A stretch of DNA of 64,000 nucleotides from Eledone cirrhosa. Lineage: Eukaryota. This document shows positions 42,429 to 56,024 of this stretch, one piece after another. The DNA is taken from the NCBI GenBank assembly GCA_964016885.1, contig OZ024748.1, positions 8,494,001 to 8,558,000 of the forward strand. Reading direction: 5' to 3'. The position numbers were made by a program, and so were the translations under genes. The notes beneath the pieces were generated by a model that ran no database searches, was not told the origin of the DNA, and saw only the letters and a program-made list of their open reading frames with translations. How positions within the stretch are numbered: position 1 is the stretch's first letter; every line of letters starts with the position of its first letter.

Positions 42429-42666
42429 TTATATATTATATATATTATATATATATATATTATATATATTTATATATATATATATTTATATATATATATT
42501 ATATATATTTATATATATATTTATATATATTATATATATATATTATATATATTTATATATATATAATATTATATATATAATAAATATTATATATATTTAT
42601 ATATATATAAATATTATATATATTTATATAATATAAATATTATATATATTTTATATATATATATAT
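40260..42666. repeat. Extended degenerate (TA)n/(CA)n low-complexity region
   Basis: Mostly TA-rich simple sequence with short unique islands. Confidence 0.85.
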
Positions 42667-42854
42667 AATTGTTTCTACTTTTTGGCACAAGGCCAGCAAT
42701 TATCCAGTGTATTACTGGTACTTTATTTATCGACCCCGTAAGGATGAAAGGCAAAGTCAACCTCGGCGGGATTTGAACTCAGATCGTAAAGGGACGTAAC
42801 TATGCTGGAAAGCATGGTTTCCGACCCTCTACCGATACTGCCAATCCAACGCCC
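42667..42854 (-). mobile_element. Full-length SINE family A within (TA)n
   Basis: Reverse complement is highly similar to 34727-34916, with intact A and B boxes. Confidence 0.92.
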
Positions 42855-42860
42855 TTGGCG

Positions 42861-43122
<262 letters not shown>

Positions 43123-43831
43123 CATACATATACGTATATGTGCCACCCATTACTCCAAACACAATCACACAAACACAAATACACTAAAATATATACAGAA
43201 AGTCGTTAAAAAAAACTCGGTATTATATGATGGAAAATTTGATAGAGAGATAAGGGGAATGAATTACTCAAAAAGAGATTTGCATAATAAACAAAGCTAA
43301 TAGATAATATCTACTGACAATAACAACAAAATAGATATCAATTAAAACAAGCCGGTGTCTATCTTTCATTTGTCCCCGTCTACCATATAGCACCTTCAAT
43401 TTCTTTTTTATTGTTTTCCAGGACATTCAGCGAAAAATGTTTCTCTCTTAATAGTTTACTTTTAATGTTCATACATTGCCATCAATCTTTCATTTCAATT
43501 CTACAGATTCTACAGAATGTCTTTTTTTTGTGTGTGTTGTGTGTCATTCTAGCAAAATACACTGATGAATAAATTGTTGAAACAACATACATACACACAC
43601 ATACACACACATACACACACACATACACACACACACACACACATACACATACACACACATACACACACATACACACATACACATACACACACACATACAC
43701 ACACATACACACACACACAGACACACAGCTAAAAAACAAAGCTAAACAAATAAACATTAAGAACAAAACAACATTATCATTATTACAACAAATATTGTTG
43801 GTATTGTAACAACAATATCATTCTATACAGG

Positions 43832-43880
<49 letters not shown>

Positions 43881-44003
43881 GCGCGCGCGTTCTTTGTGTG
43901 CATGTCTACATATACACATATATATATATCAGGATGGATTCAGTATGAAACTGGTTAGACCATTACTCAGCAGAGTACTCGATACTTGGGGGTAGTAGGA
44001 TAT

Positions 44004-44678
44004 ATCGAGAGGAAATCAAAAATTATCCGCACTTTTGCCAAAACTTTCTTTAGAAGTTTGCTGCACCACTTTCAGCACTCGCGTACTAAAAGTGGGTACT
44101 TTTATGCTTTGACTTTGATCACTCTCGAATAAACATGGCTGCTCCGCTGATAGTTTGCACCAAGGTGGAACAGAGATCCGTGGAACCGTTTTCTCTGGTC
44201 CGAAGGTATGTCAGAATCTGAAATTCACCGCAGGCTTTCACTACAAGGCAGGGACAAGTCTCTATCGTGTAGAAGTATGTATGAGAGGGTCCAGGTGTTT
44301 AAAACTGGACAGACAAGCGTGAAGTGTGAAGAGGGGGCAGAACTGACGTGAAGGTTCAACAAGCTCAAGGGATGGTTCTGGTGAACAAAAGAGTGACTAT
44401 CGATGGGGTGGCATGTACTCTGCAAATTAGTCATGGTTTTGTATACGAAATCCTCAACAAAAAGCTTCGCTTTCGTAAAGTCTGCACGAGGAGGGTGCCA
44501 AGTGAGCTTACCGAAGAGCATAAGCGCAATCGTGTGGAGACATGTCGATGCTTACTTAACCGCTACAATGATAAAAGTGAAGCTTTTTGTGGGAGGGAGG
44601 ATAGTCACAGGTGGTGAAACCTGGGACCATCACTTTGAGCCAGAATTCAAAAGGTAGAGTATGGAATGGAAACAGTCC
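44004..44678 (+). mobile_element. Decayed, 3'-truncated mariner transposon
   Basis: Left-TIR-like CGAGAGGAAATCAAAAATTATCCGCAC after TA, followed by a transposase remnant. No right TIR seen. Confidence 0.85.
44135..44676 (+). pseudogene. Mariner (Tc1/mariner DD34D-type) transposase pseudogene, N-terminal half
   Basis: Frameshifted segments MAAPLIVCTKVEQRSV / RFLWSEGMSESEIHRRL / NKRVTIDGVACTLQISHGFVYEILNKKLRFRKVCTRRVPSELTEEHKRNRVETC / RIVTGGETWDHHFEPEFKR*SMEWK. These match the mariner WVPxxL and IVTGDETW motifs, both mutated. Confidence 0.9.
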
Positions 44679-45794
44679 TTTGAGAACTGATGAGGGTGAA
44701 GCAGTGTATGTGTAAACCTATTTTGTACATCGCCTTTCTTTATATCCTTCTTCGAGTCACTTCTATGCACCACACACTTCTCCTTATCCTCCCTCCTCTT
44801 TCTGAGTTTCATCTGCCTGTCACCCACACTGTAGATTATCTCTGTTGACCACTCGTCACTTGTCTCTGTCCTCTGAGGCATTTAAGCCCATCACTGTCTC
44901 TGACAGCATTTAACTGTTTTAACGACAGTTCCAGCGATGAGTTTTCTCATTTTTATATGTATTCAAATACATCTCGCTTCGTCTCGATCAGAGACAACAC
45001 AGTTTTTTCATTTAACTGAATTTTGTTTCATTCAACTTTGATTTTAAACTTCTAATTTTCTCCTCACTTATCTCTTTAACGCCAACACTTTAAATGTTTA
45101 ATTTTCTCTCTCATTCTTCTTACCCAGACTTGACATTTTTTCAAACATATACATTAAATATTTCTTTCTTTTCTTCGTGTCAGATATTATTTCTATTCAT
45201 TATTTATTATATATTTCAATTTCTTTCTGACTGTTTAATATATTTTACTTTACGCTCCTTCTTAATTTTACTCTTTCCATGTCACTTGTACCTTCTCGTT
45301 TATTTCTTAGAAAGTGTTGTTATCGTCTAATAAACTAGACTTCTACACATTGCTTATAAATTATAACTTGATGCTCACATACATAGCTTTATCATTCCTG
45401 ATGATAAACACTCGCAAATACAAATTCACTGGAGATTTGAAGACAAGCGAACATTCTGCAGCAATTGACTTAGAGACAAGGAAACAACAAAAATAAAAAA
45501 AAATTGAATTTATCATAAAAAATAGAATATTTAAAAAATAGTATATTTAAAAAATAGAATATTTAAAAAATAGAATATTTAAATGTGTACAAAACCTCTT
45601 AATTTTACCTATTCTCCACATTTTAATAACTCACGTTTTAATATCAATGTATGTATGTATGTACAGAGAGAGTGAGAGAGAGAGAGAGAGATAGAGAGAG
45701 TGAGAGTGGGAGAGAGAGAGAATGAGAGAGAGACACAGGACTTTGCGTAGGCATGTATGATGCATGTGTGTATGCATGTAAGTGTGTATGCATG

Positions 45795-45830
<36 letters not shown>

Positions 45831-45867
45831 TGTGTGTATGTATATATATTTGCGTGTGTATATGTGC

Positions 45868-45912
<45 letters not shown>

Positions 45913-46069
45913 TAGATATGTGTGTGTGTATATATATACATACAATAATCAGTAAATTTCTCTCCATTCATACAGTTGTTTTGTTTGTTTGATTCTAAAT
46001 ATTTCTTCAATGCAATCTATTTAGTCTTTAATCTTGAAATATTTTTACAACTCTTAGATTTGTTTCAGT

Positions 46070-47882
46070 CTATCTCTTCTATCGCTTCTGTCTCTCTTCC
46101 TATCCCTTCCTATCTCTTATATCTCTCTTCCTATCCCTTCCTATCTCTTATATCTCTCTTCCTATCCCTTCTATCTCTTCTATCTCTTCTACACCTTCTA
46201 TCCTTTCTATCCCTTCTGTCTCTCTTCCTATCTCTCTTCCTATCCTACCCCTGTGTTACCCATGTATTCCTCTATATATTAGGATATGTTTCAGTATATT
46301 CCTAACTTTCTTCCCATCTCTCTTCCTATCTCTCTTCTCATCTCTCTTCCCATCTCTCTTCCCATCTCTCTTCCTATCTCTCCTCCCATCTCTCTTCTCA
46401 TCTCTCTTCCCATCTCTCTTCCTATCTCTCCCCCTATCTCTCTTCTCATCTCTCTTCCCATCTCTCTTCCCATCTCTCTTCCTATCTCTCCCCCTATCTC
46501 TCTTCCTATCTCTCTTCTCATCTCTCTTCCCATCTCTCTTCCTATCTCTCTTCCTATCTCTCTTCCCATCTCTCTTCCCATCTCTCTTCCCATCTCTCTT
46601 CCCATCTCTCTTCCCATCTCTCTTCCCATCTCTCTTCCTATCTCTCTTCCCATCTCTCTTCCCATCTCTCTTCCCATCTCTCTTCCCATCTCTCTTCCCA
46701 TCTCTCTTCCTATCTCTCCCCCTATCTCTCTTTCTATCTCTCCCCCTATCTCTCTTCTTATCTCTCTTCCTATCTCTCTTCCTATCTCTCTTCCTATCTC
46801 TCCCCCTATCTCTCTTCCTATCTCTCTTCCCATCTCTCTTCCTATCTCTTCCCTATCTCTCTTCCTATCTCTCCCCCTATCTCTCTTCCTATCTCTCTTC
46901 TCATCTCTCTTCCCATCTCTCTTCCCATCTCTCTTCCTATCTCTCTTCCTATCTGTCTTCCCATCTCTCTTCCCATCTCTCCCCCTATCTCTCTTCTCAT
47001 CTCTCTTCCCATCTCTCTTCCCATCTCTCTTCCCATCTCTCTTCCCATCTCTCTTCCTATCTCTCTTCCTATCTCTCTTCCTATCTCTCCCCCTATCTCT
47101 CTTCCTATCTCTCCCCCTATCTGTCTTCCTATCTCTCTTCCCATCTCTCTTCCCATCTCTCTTTTCATCTCTCTTCCCATCTCTCTTCCTATCTCTCCCC
47201 CCATCTCTCTTCCCATCTCTCTTCCCATCTCTCTTCCCATCTCTCTTCCCATCTCTCTTCCTATCTCTCTTCCTATCTCTCTTCCTATCTCTCTTCCTAT
47301 CTCTCCCACTATCTCTCTTCCTATCTCTCTTCCCATCTCTCCTCCTATCTCTCTTCTCATCTCTCTTCCCATCTCTCTTCCTATCTCTCTTCCTATCTCT
47401 CTTCCTATCTCTCTTCTCATCTCTCTTCCCATCTCTCTTCCTATCTCTCTTCCTATCTCTCCCCCTATCTCTCCCCCTATCTCTCTTCTCATCTCTCTTC
47501 CTATCTCTCCTCCCATCTCTCCCCCTATCTCTCTTCCCATCTCTCTTCCCATCTCTCTTCCCATCTCTCTTCCCATCTCTCTTCCTATCTCTCTTCCTAT
47601 CTTTCTTCCTATCTCTCCCCCTATCTCTCTTCCTATCTCTCTTCCCATCTCTCCTCCTATCTCTCTTTTCATCTCTCTTCCCATCTCTCTTCCTATCTCT
47701 CTTCCTATCTCTCTTCTCATCTCTCTTCCTATCTCTCCCCCCCCTATCTCTCTTCCTATCTCTCTTCCCATCTCACTTCCTATCTCTCTTCCTATCTCTC
47801 TTCCCATCTCTCTTCCTATCTCTCTTCCTATCTCTCCTCCTATCTCTCCCCCTATGTCTCTTCCTATCTGTCTTCCTATCCT
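46070..47882. repeat. 12-bp pyrimidine-rich minisatellite (TCTCTTCC(C/T)ATC)n, about 130+ units
   Basis: Regular array from about 46310 with a degenerate lead-in. The 551-aa and 361-aa ORFs are repeat translations. Confidence 0.96.
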
Positions 47883-48630
47883 ACCAACTATACCACCGAC
47901 TATATGTCCATGTAAAGGGGACAACATTAGTTGAAAAGTGAAGTTGACATCAACTATAAGTTATAAACGAAGAAACGAAATAATACAAAATAAATCCTGA
48001 ACATAAATTTTTAGCAAAGATAACACCTAAAAAAAGCTTCATAAAAATATCTTCTGCAAAATTGCAAAAAGGAAGGGGGAAAATGACCCATTGGTTAATT
48101 ATTATTGAAAATAGATGCAGAAGTGTTTCTCGCTATTAGGAAGGTTGGAAAAGACTGAAAAATATTAAGAGGGAAATATAAAAATATACAAATATAAAAA
48201 TATACAAAAAGCTAAAAAAAAAAAAACTAAAAAAAACGAAATCAATATTTTGGATTCAATAAGCAGTTTAAAAAAATTACTGACAGTCAAATATATATCC
48301 ATACATCATTTTAGAGGCACGGACGTACGTATGGTATCAAAAATATTAACACACAGGTATTCACACACACATATACAGACACGTACACATAGACAGTTAC
48401 ATATACAGACAAACAGACAAACAGACAAATAGATACACATACATACACAGCCCAGTGGACATAATGAAAGTGTTTTATATATATATATATATATATAAAT
48501 GTGTGTGTGTATGTATATATATATAAATGTGTGTGTATGTATGTATATATATATATAAATGCATACGTATTAGTAAATACATGCACACACACATATACAT
48601 ATATATATATGTATTTGTGTATATATATAT

Positions 48631-48666
<36 letters not shown>

Positions 48667-48735
48667 GCGATATATATATATACACACATATATATATATG
48701 CATATATAGACATGTATATATACATATAGTATATC

Positions 48736-48797
<62 letters not shown>

Positions 48798-49424
48798 CAT
48801 ATACGTAAGCACCTATCCAGCCTCACACTCACATATATGTGAAATGATGTTTGTTGAGCGTTTGTGTTTGTGTGTGTGTTGTGAGTATGTATGTCTGTGT
48901 GTTTGTGTCTCTGTGTGTATGTCTGTGTGTATGTCTGTGTGTGTGTGTGTGGTATATAAAAACACCAGCAACAACGGGAACAACATTAAATCAATGGTAA
49001 TAAATAAATAAATAAATAAACAATTCTATATTAAAATATTAAAAATAACAATAAAAAGATGGAAGTGAAATTGAATTTATTTTCACTCTATTTTCTGTAT
49101 ATAGGGGGCGCTGGTGGTGCAGGAGTGAAAGTGAATGTAGAGGAGAAGACGTGGGTGTGAGGGAGAGAGGAATAGTGGGAGAAATGGTGAGAGACTGTGG
49201 GAGTGAGAGTGAGAGAAAACTAGAGAGAGGTAGGGGAAGAGAGAGAGAGAGAGAACTAGAGGGAGAGAAGAGGCGGGGAAATTAGAGAGATACAGGAGAA
49301 AGGGAGAGTGCAAGAGAGAGGGGATGAGGGAGAAGGGGAGAGAGGTAAGGAAGATGAGAGGGAGGGTGAGGGATGAGAAGGGGGATGGCTAAATAGAGAT
49401 GGGATAAAGTGGGGGTGGAGATGT

Positions 49425-49910
49425 AGGTGTGTGTGTGTGCGCGCGTGCGTGTATAGGAGTGTGTCTATGTGAGTGTGTGTATATGAATGTATGTGCGCGC
49501 GTGTGTTTGTAAGTGTGTTTGTGTATATGTATCTGTACATGTGTGTATATACATATGCGTATGTATGTATATATATATATATATGTACGCGTGTATATGT
49601 ATGTGTATGTGCATGTGTATGGGTGCATGTGTATATATGTGTGTATGTGTATATGTGTGTATGTGTGTATGTGTATATGTCTGTGTGTGTGTGTATATGT
49701 GTGTATGTGTATATGTCTGTATGTGTGTATGTGTATATGTGTATATGTGTGTGTGTGTGTGTGTGTATGTGTATATGTGTGTATGTGTATATGTGTGTAT
49801 GTGTGTATGTGTATATGTCTGTATGTGTGTATGTGTATATGTGTATATGTGTGTGTGTGTATATGTGTATATGTGTGTGTGTGTGTACGTGTGTATGTAT
49901 GTGTGTGTAC
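49425..49910. repeat. (TG)n/(TATG)n compound microsatellite
   Basis: Direct simple repeats. Confidence 0.9.
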
Positions 49911-50023
49911 GCACGAGAGTATGATAAGAGATTTGGTACAAAATGGAGAATTAAAAATAAAAAAACTCTGACAAGGAGGAATGTGTTTAACCAGAGTTTC
50001 TCACAATATAAATAGTATTGTCA

Positions 50024-50462
50024 ATGGTGGTGATGATGATGATGGTGATGATGGTGATGGTGATGAGGGTGGTGATGGTAACGTTGGTGATGGTGATGAT
50101 GATGATGGTGATGATAGGTGATGCTGGTGATAAATACAATTATGATGATGATGTTGATGATGATGATGATAATAATGATGATGATGATGATGTTGGTGAT
50201 AGCAATAAGTACACTTGTGATGACGATAACGATGATGATGTTGTCGATGATAATGTTGTCGATGATGATGTTGTCGATGATAATTAGTTGATGATGTTGA
50301 TGATGATATTAATAATGATGATGATGATGATGATGACGATAATTATGATGGTGACGCTGATTATGATGTTGGTGATGATGGCGATAATGATGATGATGTT
50401 GTTGATGATGATGATGATAACGACGATGACAATGACAATGATGTTGGTGATGATGATGATAA
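50024..50462. repeat. (GAT)n degenerate trinucleotide tract
   Basis: GAT/GGT/GTT triplets. The poly-M and poly-D ORFs are by-products. Confidence 0.9.
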
Positions 50463-50593
50463 CTAAAGCTCGTGTCCACAGTGTTTATGTAGTTATCGAT
50501 ACAATAACTGTCATGGCTGCCGTCGTTTAGTTGATTTCACACAGATCTGACACGTTCAATGAGGATTATGTTCAAAGATCATTTATCATCCAG

Positions 50594-50651
50594 GATTGAT
50601 TGGCAGAATCGGTAGAGCGCCGGACACCATGCTTTGCGGCCCTTGACGTTC
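50594..50651 (+). mobile_element. SINE family A 5' head fragment
   Basis: GATTGGCAGAATCGGTAGAGCGCCGGACACCATGCTTTGCGGC. Confidence 0.7.
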
Positions 50652-50909
50652 AATTCTGTAGAGAATAACAAAACAATAATTTTGAAGAAGTGTACGAAAC
50701 TGGGTCGCCAGTAAGTGAACTCACAGCCTTACAATCCTAACGCCAGAACACTACCCACTAAGCTACATAAACATATCATTACAATAGTCCCTTGGTTGCC
50801 ATTAAATGTCATCCATTAACAGGTAATCAACACTCTAGACTTCCTTAAGAGAAGGGGGAGCGATAGGGAGAGGAGGAGAGGGAGGAGAAGGAGGAGAAAG
50901 AGGAGTGAT

Positions 50910-50971
<62 letters not shown>

Positions 50972-51127
50972 TGAGAGGGAGAGAGAAGAAGTAGAGATAG
51001 AAAGAGAAGACACAGGTAAGAATAGAGTAAGAGATGATATAAGAATGTTTTTCTTTATTAAAGGTAAATTATATGAAATAAATCGAGCTCACATAGACGC
51101 ATATATGTATATATGTGTGTATGTGTG

Positions 51128-51171
<44 letters not shown>

Positions 51172-51299
51172 AAGGTTAAACAAGGTTCGATGAATAAATC
51201 AAAGAATCAGTTTTACAATAGATTGGAAGCACTCAACAAAAATAGTTTTCCGGAGTTATTAATATTCATTCAAAATATTAACAAAAATAGAACTTCATT

Positions 51300-51373
51300 G
51301 TGTAAGAAAGTTTAAAGATACATAACAGTAATTTACATAAATTACTGTTATGTATCTTTAAACTTTCTTACAC
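51300..51373. repeat. Perfect hairpin palindrome with ~35-bp arms
   Basis: GTGTAAGAAAGTTTAAAGATACATAACAGTAATTTA-CA-TAAATTACTGTTATGTATCTTTAAACTTTCTTACAC. Confidence 0.93.
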
Positions 51374-51518
51374 GCACCCTCTGTATTATATGTAATATAT
51401 GTAAGATTTTTCATGTATCAATCTTAAGGTGTATAAATATTAAATTTTGTCATATCTTACTCACTGCCATGACTGGATCTTAACCATCTACTATGTCAGG
51501 GTATGTCATGCATCATCT

Positions 51519-51585
51519 TATTTTATCTGATGAGGACGTACTGTTGAAGATAGCTCAGTACCTCTGAAATATGTATAATAAAATA
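51519..51585 (+). ncRNA. Type-I hammerhead ribozyme motif (subfamily 1)
   Basis: TATTTTAT-CTGATGA-GGACGTACTG-[12 nt]-CAGTACCTCT-GAA-ATATGTAT-A-ATAAAATA. It has an 8-bp stem I, a 10-position stem II (one mismatch, one wobble) and a near-palindromic stem III. Confidence 0.8.
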
Positions 51586-51840
51586 TACTTGATCACAATG
51601 AAGTTCTATTTTTGCTAATATTTTGAATGTATATATATATATATGTGTGTGTATTTATATATATATATGTGTGTGTGTATGTATATATATATATATATAT
51701 GTATGTACCTATATATGTATGTATATAGTAAAGAAAAAACATTCTTATATCATCTCTCATTCTATTCTTACCTGTGTTTCCCTGTCTTCCTACCTCTTCC
51801 TCTCATTCTTTCACTCTCCTTTTATCACTATGTCCCATCC

Positions 51841-51919
<79 letters not shown>

Positions 51920-52159
51920 ATATATATATATATGTATATAAGTATACATATACATATTTGTAAATATATATCTATATACCTATATATATATATATACATG
52001 TATATATATATGTATATATGCATATACATATATGTAAATATTTATATATATATATATATATATATGTGTGGGTGTCAGGAATATATATATATGTATATAT
52101 GTGTATGTATGTGTGTGTATACATCAATGTTTGTCCACAAGTTTCTGATATATAATTTC

Positions 52160-52193
<34 letters not shown>

Positions 52194-52643
52194 TTTTATA
52201 AGTAAACATTAGATGAACCACTCTGCTAAACTAGACACATTTCAATTGTTGTGACAACAGAATCTAAAATGACTCACGTACACTTAACAATAACTGCTGC
52301 AAAAATTCAAATTAAACATTATTTTCGCAATCATATTTATTCTTTTGAAAAACAAACCTTACACGCGAATGTTTTTTTTATAATTTAGCGCTGAAACAAT
52401 GTTTGTTTCTGTGTATATTTGTTTGGATATGATGTTTGTTTAGGTATAGAATTGATAATATCATTCCTTAATACAACTAATTAATAATTTCTTACAATAT
52501 ATATATTACATGTGACCTACTGCGAGATTACTGTTTATTTACGTACGTTCACACACAGACACTGTCTTTCTCTCGTACACTCACATACACATACACACAC
52601 ACACACATTTACAAACACACACAAACACAGACACACAGACACA

Positions 52644-52677
<34 letters not shown>

Positions 52678-52678
52678 T

Positions 52679-52739
<61 letters not shown>

Positions 52740-52760
52740 CACTCACACATACTCTCCGGC

Positions 52761-52793
<33 letters not shown>

Positions 52794-53430
52794 AACATAT
52801 TCACAAACACACTTATTCAAACACACAGACATAGAACTCCCGTAGACCCCCCCCCCCTAGTGCCCCCTCCCCCACATACAAGTATTTACTATGTTATATC
52901 TTGTATTGAAAATACTACAATATTCTAGTATAATTCTGTCAAGATTTTGTCATATTTTTGCACACCACTCTTGAAGTTTGTTTAGAGCAGTAAATTTTCT
53001 AATTCCATAATAAACGACTTTAGACCGTTTATATTCTCCTCTTTAAGATGAAATGATATTAGAACCCGTTGGTGATTCTTAATAGTAGACAGATCCAATG
53101 AGGTTATCTGGACTTCTTTACCTTCTGATTTTAAGATTTAGAGAGTTGCAGTAATACGTCAGTTTCAGCATTCGGTAATCAGAAGAAGACAGGTAGGTGT
53201 AACAGCCAAATTCGCTAACTTCAATTCGGTATTCGTGCCAACCTTTACCTGAATGGGGGTTTTGGGGGCTGCTATTTCTAGCTATCCACATACCTATTCC
53301 CGTTACATGGACAAAACTGAGACGCGGTAGTTTTTTCGAAACTCCATGATGTGATGGTGTGCAGATGTTGTGACTGACCGCGACAGAATGGACATCTACA
53401 ACATTTAGCGATTGCAATTGATGCCTATAG

Positions 53431-53466
<36 letters not shown>

Positions 53467-53715
53467 TGCCTATAGTGTATATATATATATAAGCTCGCAC
53501 GCACTGCGACGCACAACACACTCATACATACGTATGTATGTTATGGCCCTGTAACTTCTGATAGTGTCATAGAGGCGCCGTATTGACCCTCGGCGATTCT
53601 TGGGTATTTTAAGCTTGGCGGAGCCCATCCCTCTCCAGATCTGAATATACCAGATTTCTTCCAGAGAAATATAGAAAGTAAAAGATTAGAAATGGGAAAG
53701 AGATATAGCGGAAGA

Positions 53716-53860
53716 ACCGACCCCAGTATTAGACTGGTACTTTTTTTTATCGACCTCGAAAGAAAGGAAAGGCAAAATTGACATCGGTGGGATTTGAAGA
53801 ATCGGAACGAATACTGCAAACCATTATATCCCACGTTCTAACGACTCCACCATTTCGCCA
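53716..53860 (-). mobile_element. Degenerate SINE family A copy
   Basis: CGACCCCAGTATTAGACTGGTACTT..TTATCGACC...GAAAGGCAAAATTGACATCGGTGGGATTTGAA. Confidence 0.75.
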
Positions 53861-54774
53861 CCAACATAAATACGTACACACACGTATATACATTTGGATT
53901 ACATTCTTATATTGTGATGTTGTTAATACGTAAAGCTTAAAGCCAAACATGCTTGTCTACATTGGCTAAATACATGCCTTGCATTTAGAAAATTAACCAC
54001 TAATCTGAGGAATTAAAGTACATTTTATCTCACTCAGTACGGCATTTATGAAATAAAAACAGACTTTTAGATGCTACAAAAAACTGTATCAATCTAATCA
54101 TTTTAATTAGCCATGATTAATTAGTCGAAGAAGTAACACTTGACAGGGAGGTAATAGTCATCAACATTACAATTAAGCTGCAAAGAAAAAGAAAAAATAT
54201 AATCAAACATATTTTCAAAAAAATCAGCTGCCGTTGTTGTTTGTTTTTTATTTTATTCTTTTCTCTCGTTTTAGTTCAGTTTTGCCTAATTAGGAGTTAT
54301 AGAAAAAAGTAATACTTCAAAATATTGTGCGTATGTATTTCAGGTATGAGCCTAGTCCGTTGTATGTGAATTATCTTGCTCTCTAGATGATTGTGTATGA
54401 GATTCTGGGAATATATCCTATAGAGACATTCTGAGTTTAGAGAGCTCAATACTAACATAGAGTCACTCAATGTTACAGATTAGAAACATTTCTAATTACT
54501 GAGTGGTTGTGTTGGTAAGTAGTAATGTTGATATGGATGGGTATGGCATTCTGTCTTTGTGTGTGTATGTGTGGTGTCTCGTTATAGCTCTGTGTGTGTG
54601 CATGTGTATATATGTGTGTTTAGATATTATCATTGTAAGCTTGTGTATCTGTGTGTATTTTAACTCGACGCAGAAATGAAATGTGAATGTGTCTAAATAT
54701 ATATATCCTAAGCTTTAATAGATGTATACTCCATATTCTTTAATAGATGTATACTCCGATAGTGCTTCTTGTAG

Positions 54775-54828
54775 CTTTACTTGCCCTGATGAGTCCTTAA
54801 TAGGACGAAACATTGTTGGCTAATAAAG
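54775..54828 (+). ncRNA. Canonical-core type-I hammerhead ribozyme
   Basis: GCC-CTGATGA-GTCC-TTAATA-GGAC-GAAAC-ATT-GTT-GGC. Stem I is extended by CTTTA/TAAAG across a 3x3 internal loop. Overlapping AATAAA, with (TA)n about 45 nt downstream. Confidence 0.85.
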
Positions 54829-54869
54829 ACTTTTGATGTATTGAAGGCTTCTTTGGTTTATTTTATTTT

Positions 54870-54944
<75 letters not shown>

Positions 54945-55007
54945 TTGAATTTGACTATTTTTCATAGTCTAACAACATTGATGGTCTTTCAAATTCAAGA
55001 ATATATA

Positions 55008-55109
55008 CAGGGTGTCTCCAAAAAAATGTATACACACTTTAACAGTATTCTAATAAATATTACCTGTACAGGTAATTAAAGTGAGTATACATTTGTTGGG
55101 GATACTGCG
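55008..55109. mobile_element. Tc1/mariner-type MITE (~100 bp), TA TSD
   Basis: TA-CAGGGTGTCTCCAAAAAAATGTATACACACTTTAA ... TTAAAGTGAGTATACATTTGTTGGGGATACTGCG-TA; imperfect ~35-bp TIRs. Confidence 0.78.
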
Positions 55110-55131
55110 TATATTTATATTTTCAGACATA

Positions 55132-55325
55132 ATGTCGGGGATTCGATTCCAGGGCTGGGTTGTATGTTGTGTTCTTGAGCAAAACACTTCATTTCACGTT
55201 GCGCCAGTATACTCAGCAGAAAATTTGTACCAGCAATCAATGGGGATTTAATCCTGCGATGGACTAGCTTCCTGTCCAAGGAGGAGTCTTGAACTCTCAG
55301 TCGTTTCATGCTATGACGAGCCTCC
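55132..55325 (+). mobile_element. tRNA-derived SINE of a second family (CORE-like and V-like segments)
   Basis: B-box-like GATTCGATTCC, then GTGTTCTTGAGCAAAACACTT, then CCTGCGATGGACTAGC.TCCTGTCCA.GG. Confidence 0.65.
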
Positions 55326-55961
55326 TTTCTTGAGACTAGTAACGCACTGGGGTGAATTTCCCTTTCCTTTCAAGTTATTGGTTTCGTGCCAAAACTAAGA
55401 ACGAGATTATATTGATATTAGTAAGAAAGACATTTAAACTTCAATGATCTACTGTAGCTATGTATATTTCCTGTATATAAACAACTGAAGTTACTAACTA
55501 CCGTTTTATGAGCTAGAAATTTTGAGCTGAATTCCTTTCAATATATTGGAGACAGTCAGTATAATTTCTAAAATCTGTACATAGAGTACTATAGGAGAAA
55601 TAAACCTTCAATGATGTCCCATCACCCTAATAAATTACCGGATATTGCTGCTCACTACTACGCTAAGATCAATATTTCTGTCAAGCTTTCAACTAACTTG
55701 CTTATACACATAAACAATCTATAATTTCACAAATGGTCTTTATCCTTATTGCTTGCAATTTTAAAGCTTAAGATATTATTGAAGAACATTTTTACGAGGA
55801 TGCTGACTATATATATTCCATTATCGGCTCTCAGGCCGCTATTTCATCATTCCTACAGGTTTGCAAACACTTAAATTTAAACGATATTTTTCTAAAATAT
55901 TCTAAAATATTATTTATATTCAAACTTATGGTTCATTAGATCTCTGAGGAAAAATGTTGGC

Positions 55962-56001
<40 letters not shown>

Positions 56002-56024
56002 CAGTAGTAATAATAATAATAATA

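Noticed and set aside
44630-44940. Minus-strand 83-aa ORF as a gene or RTE C-terminus
   Set aside because: Only vague resemblance to RTE tails; too degenerate to call.
46286-47941. 551-aa and 361-aa ORFs as genes
   Set aside because: Pure translations of a 12-bp repeat on both strands, with no domain or splice evidence.
53118-53660. GC-richer island with a 135-aa minus ORF as a host exon
   Set aside because: The ORF runs through microsatellites and shows no recognisable domain; more likely repeat-derived.
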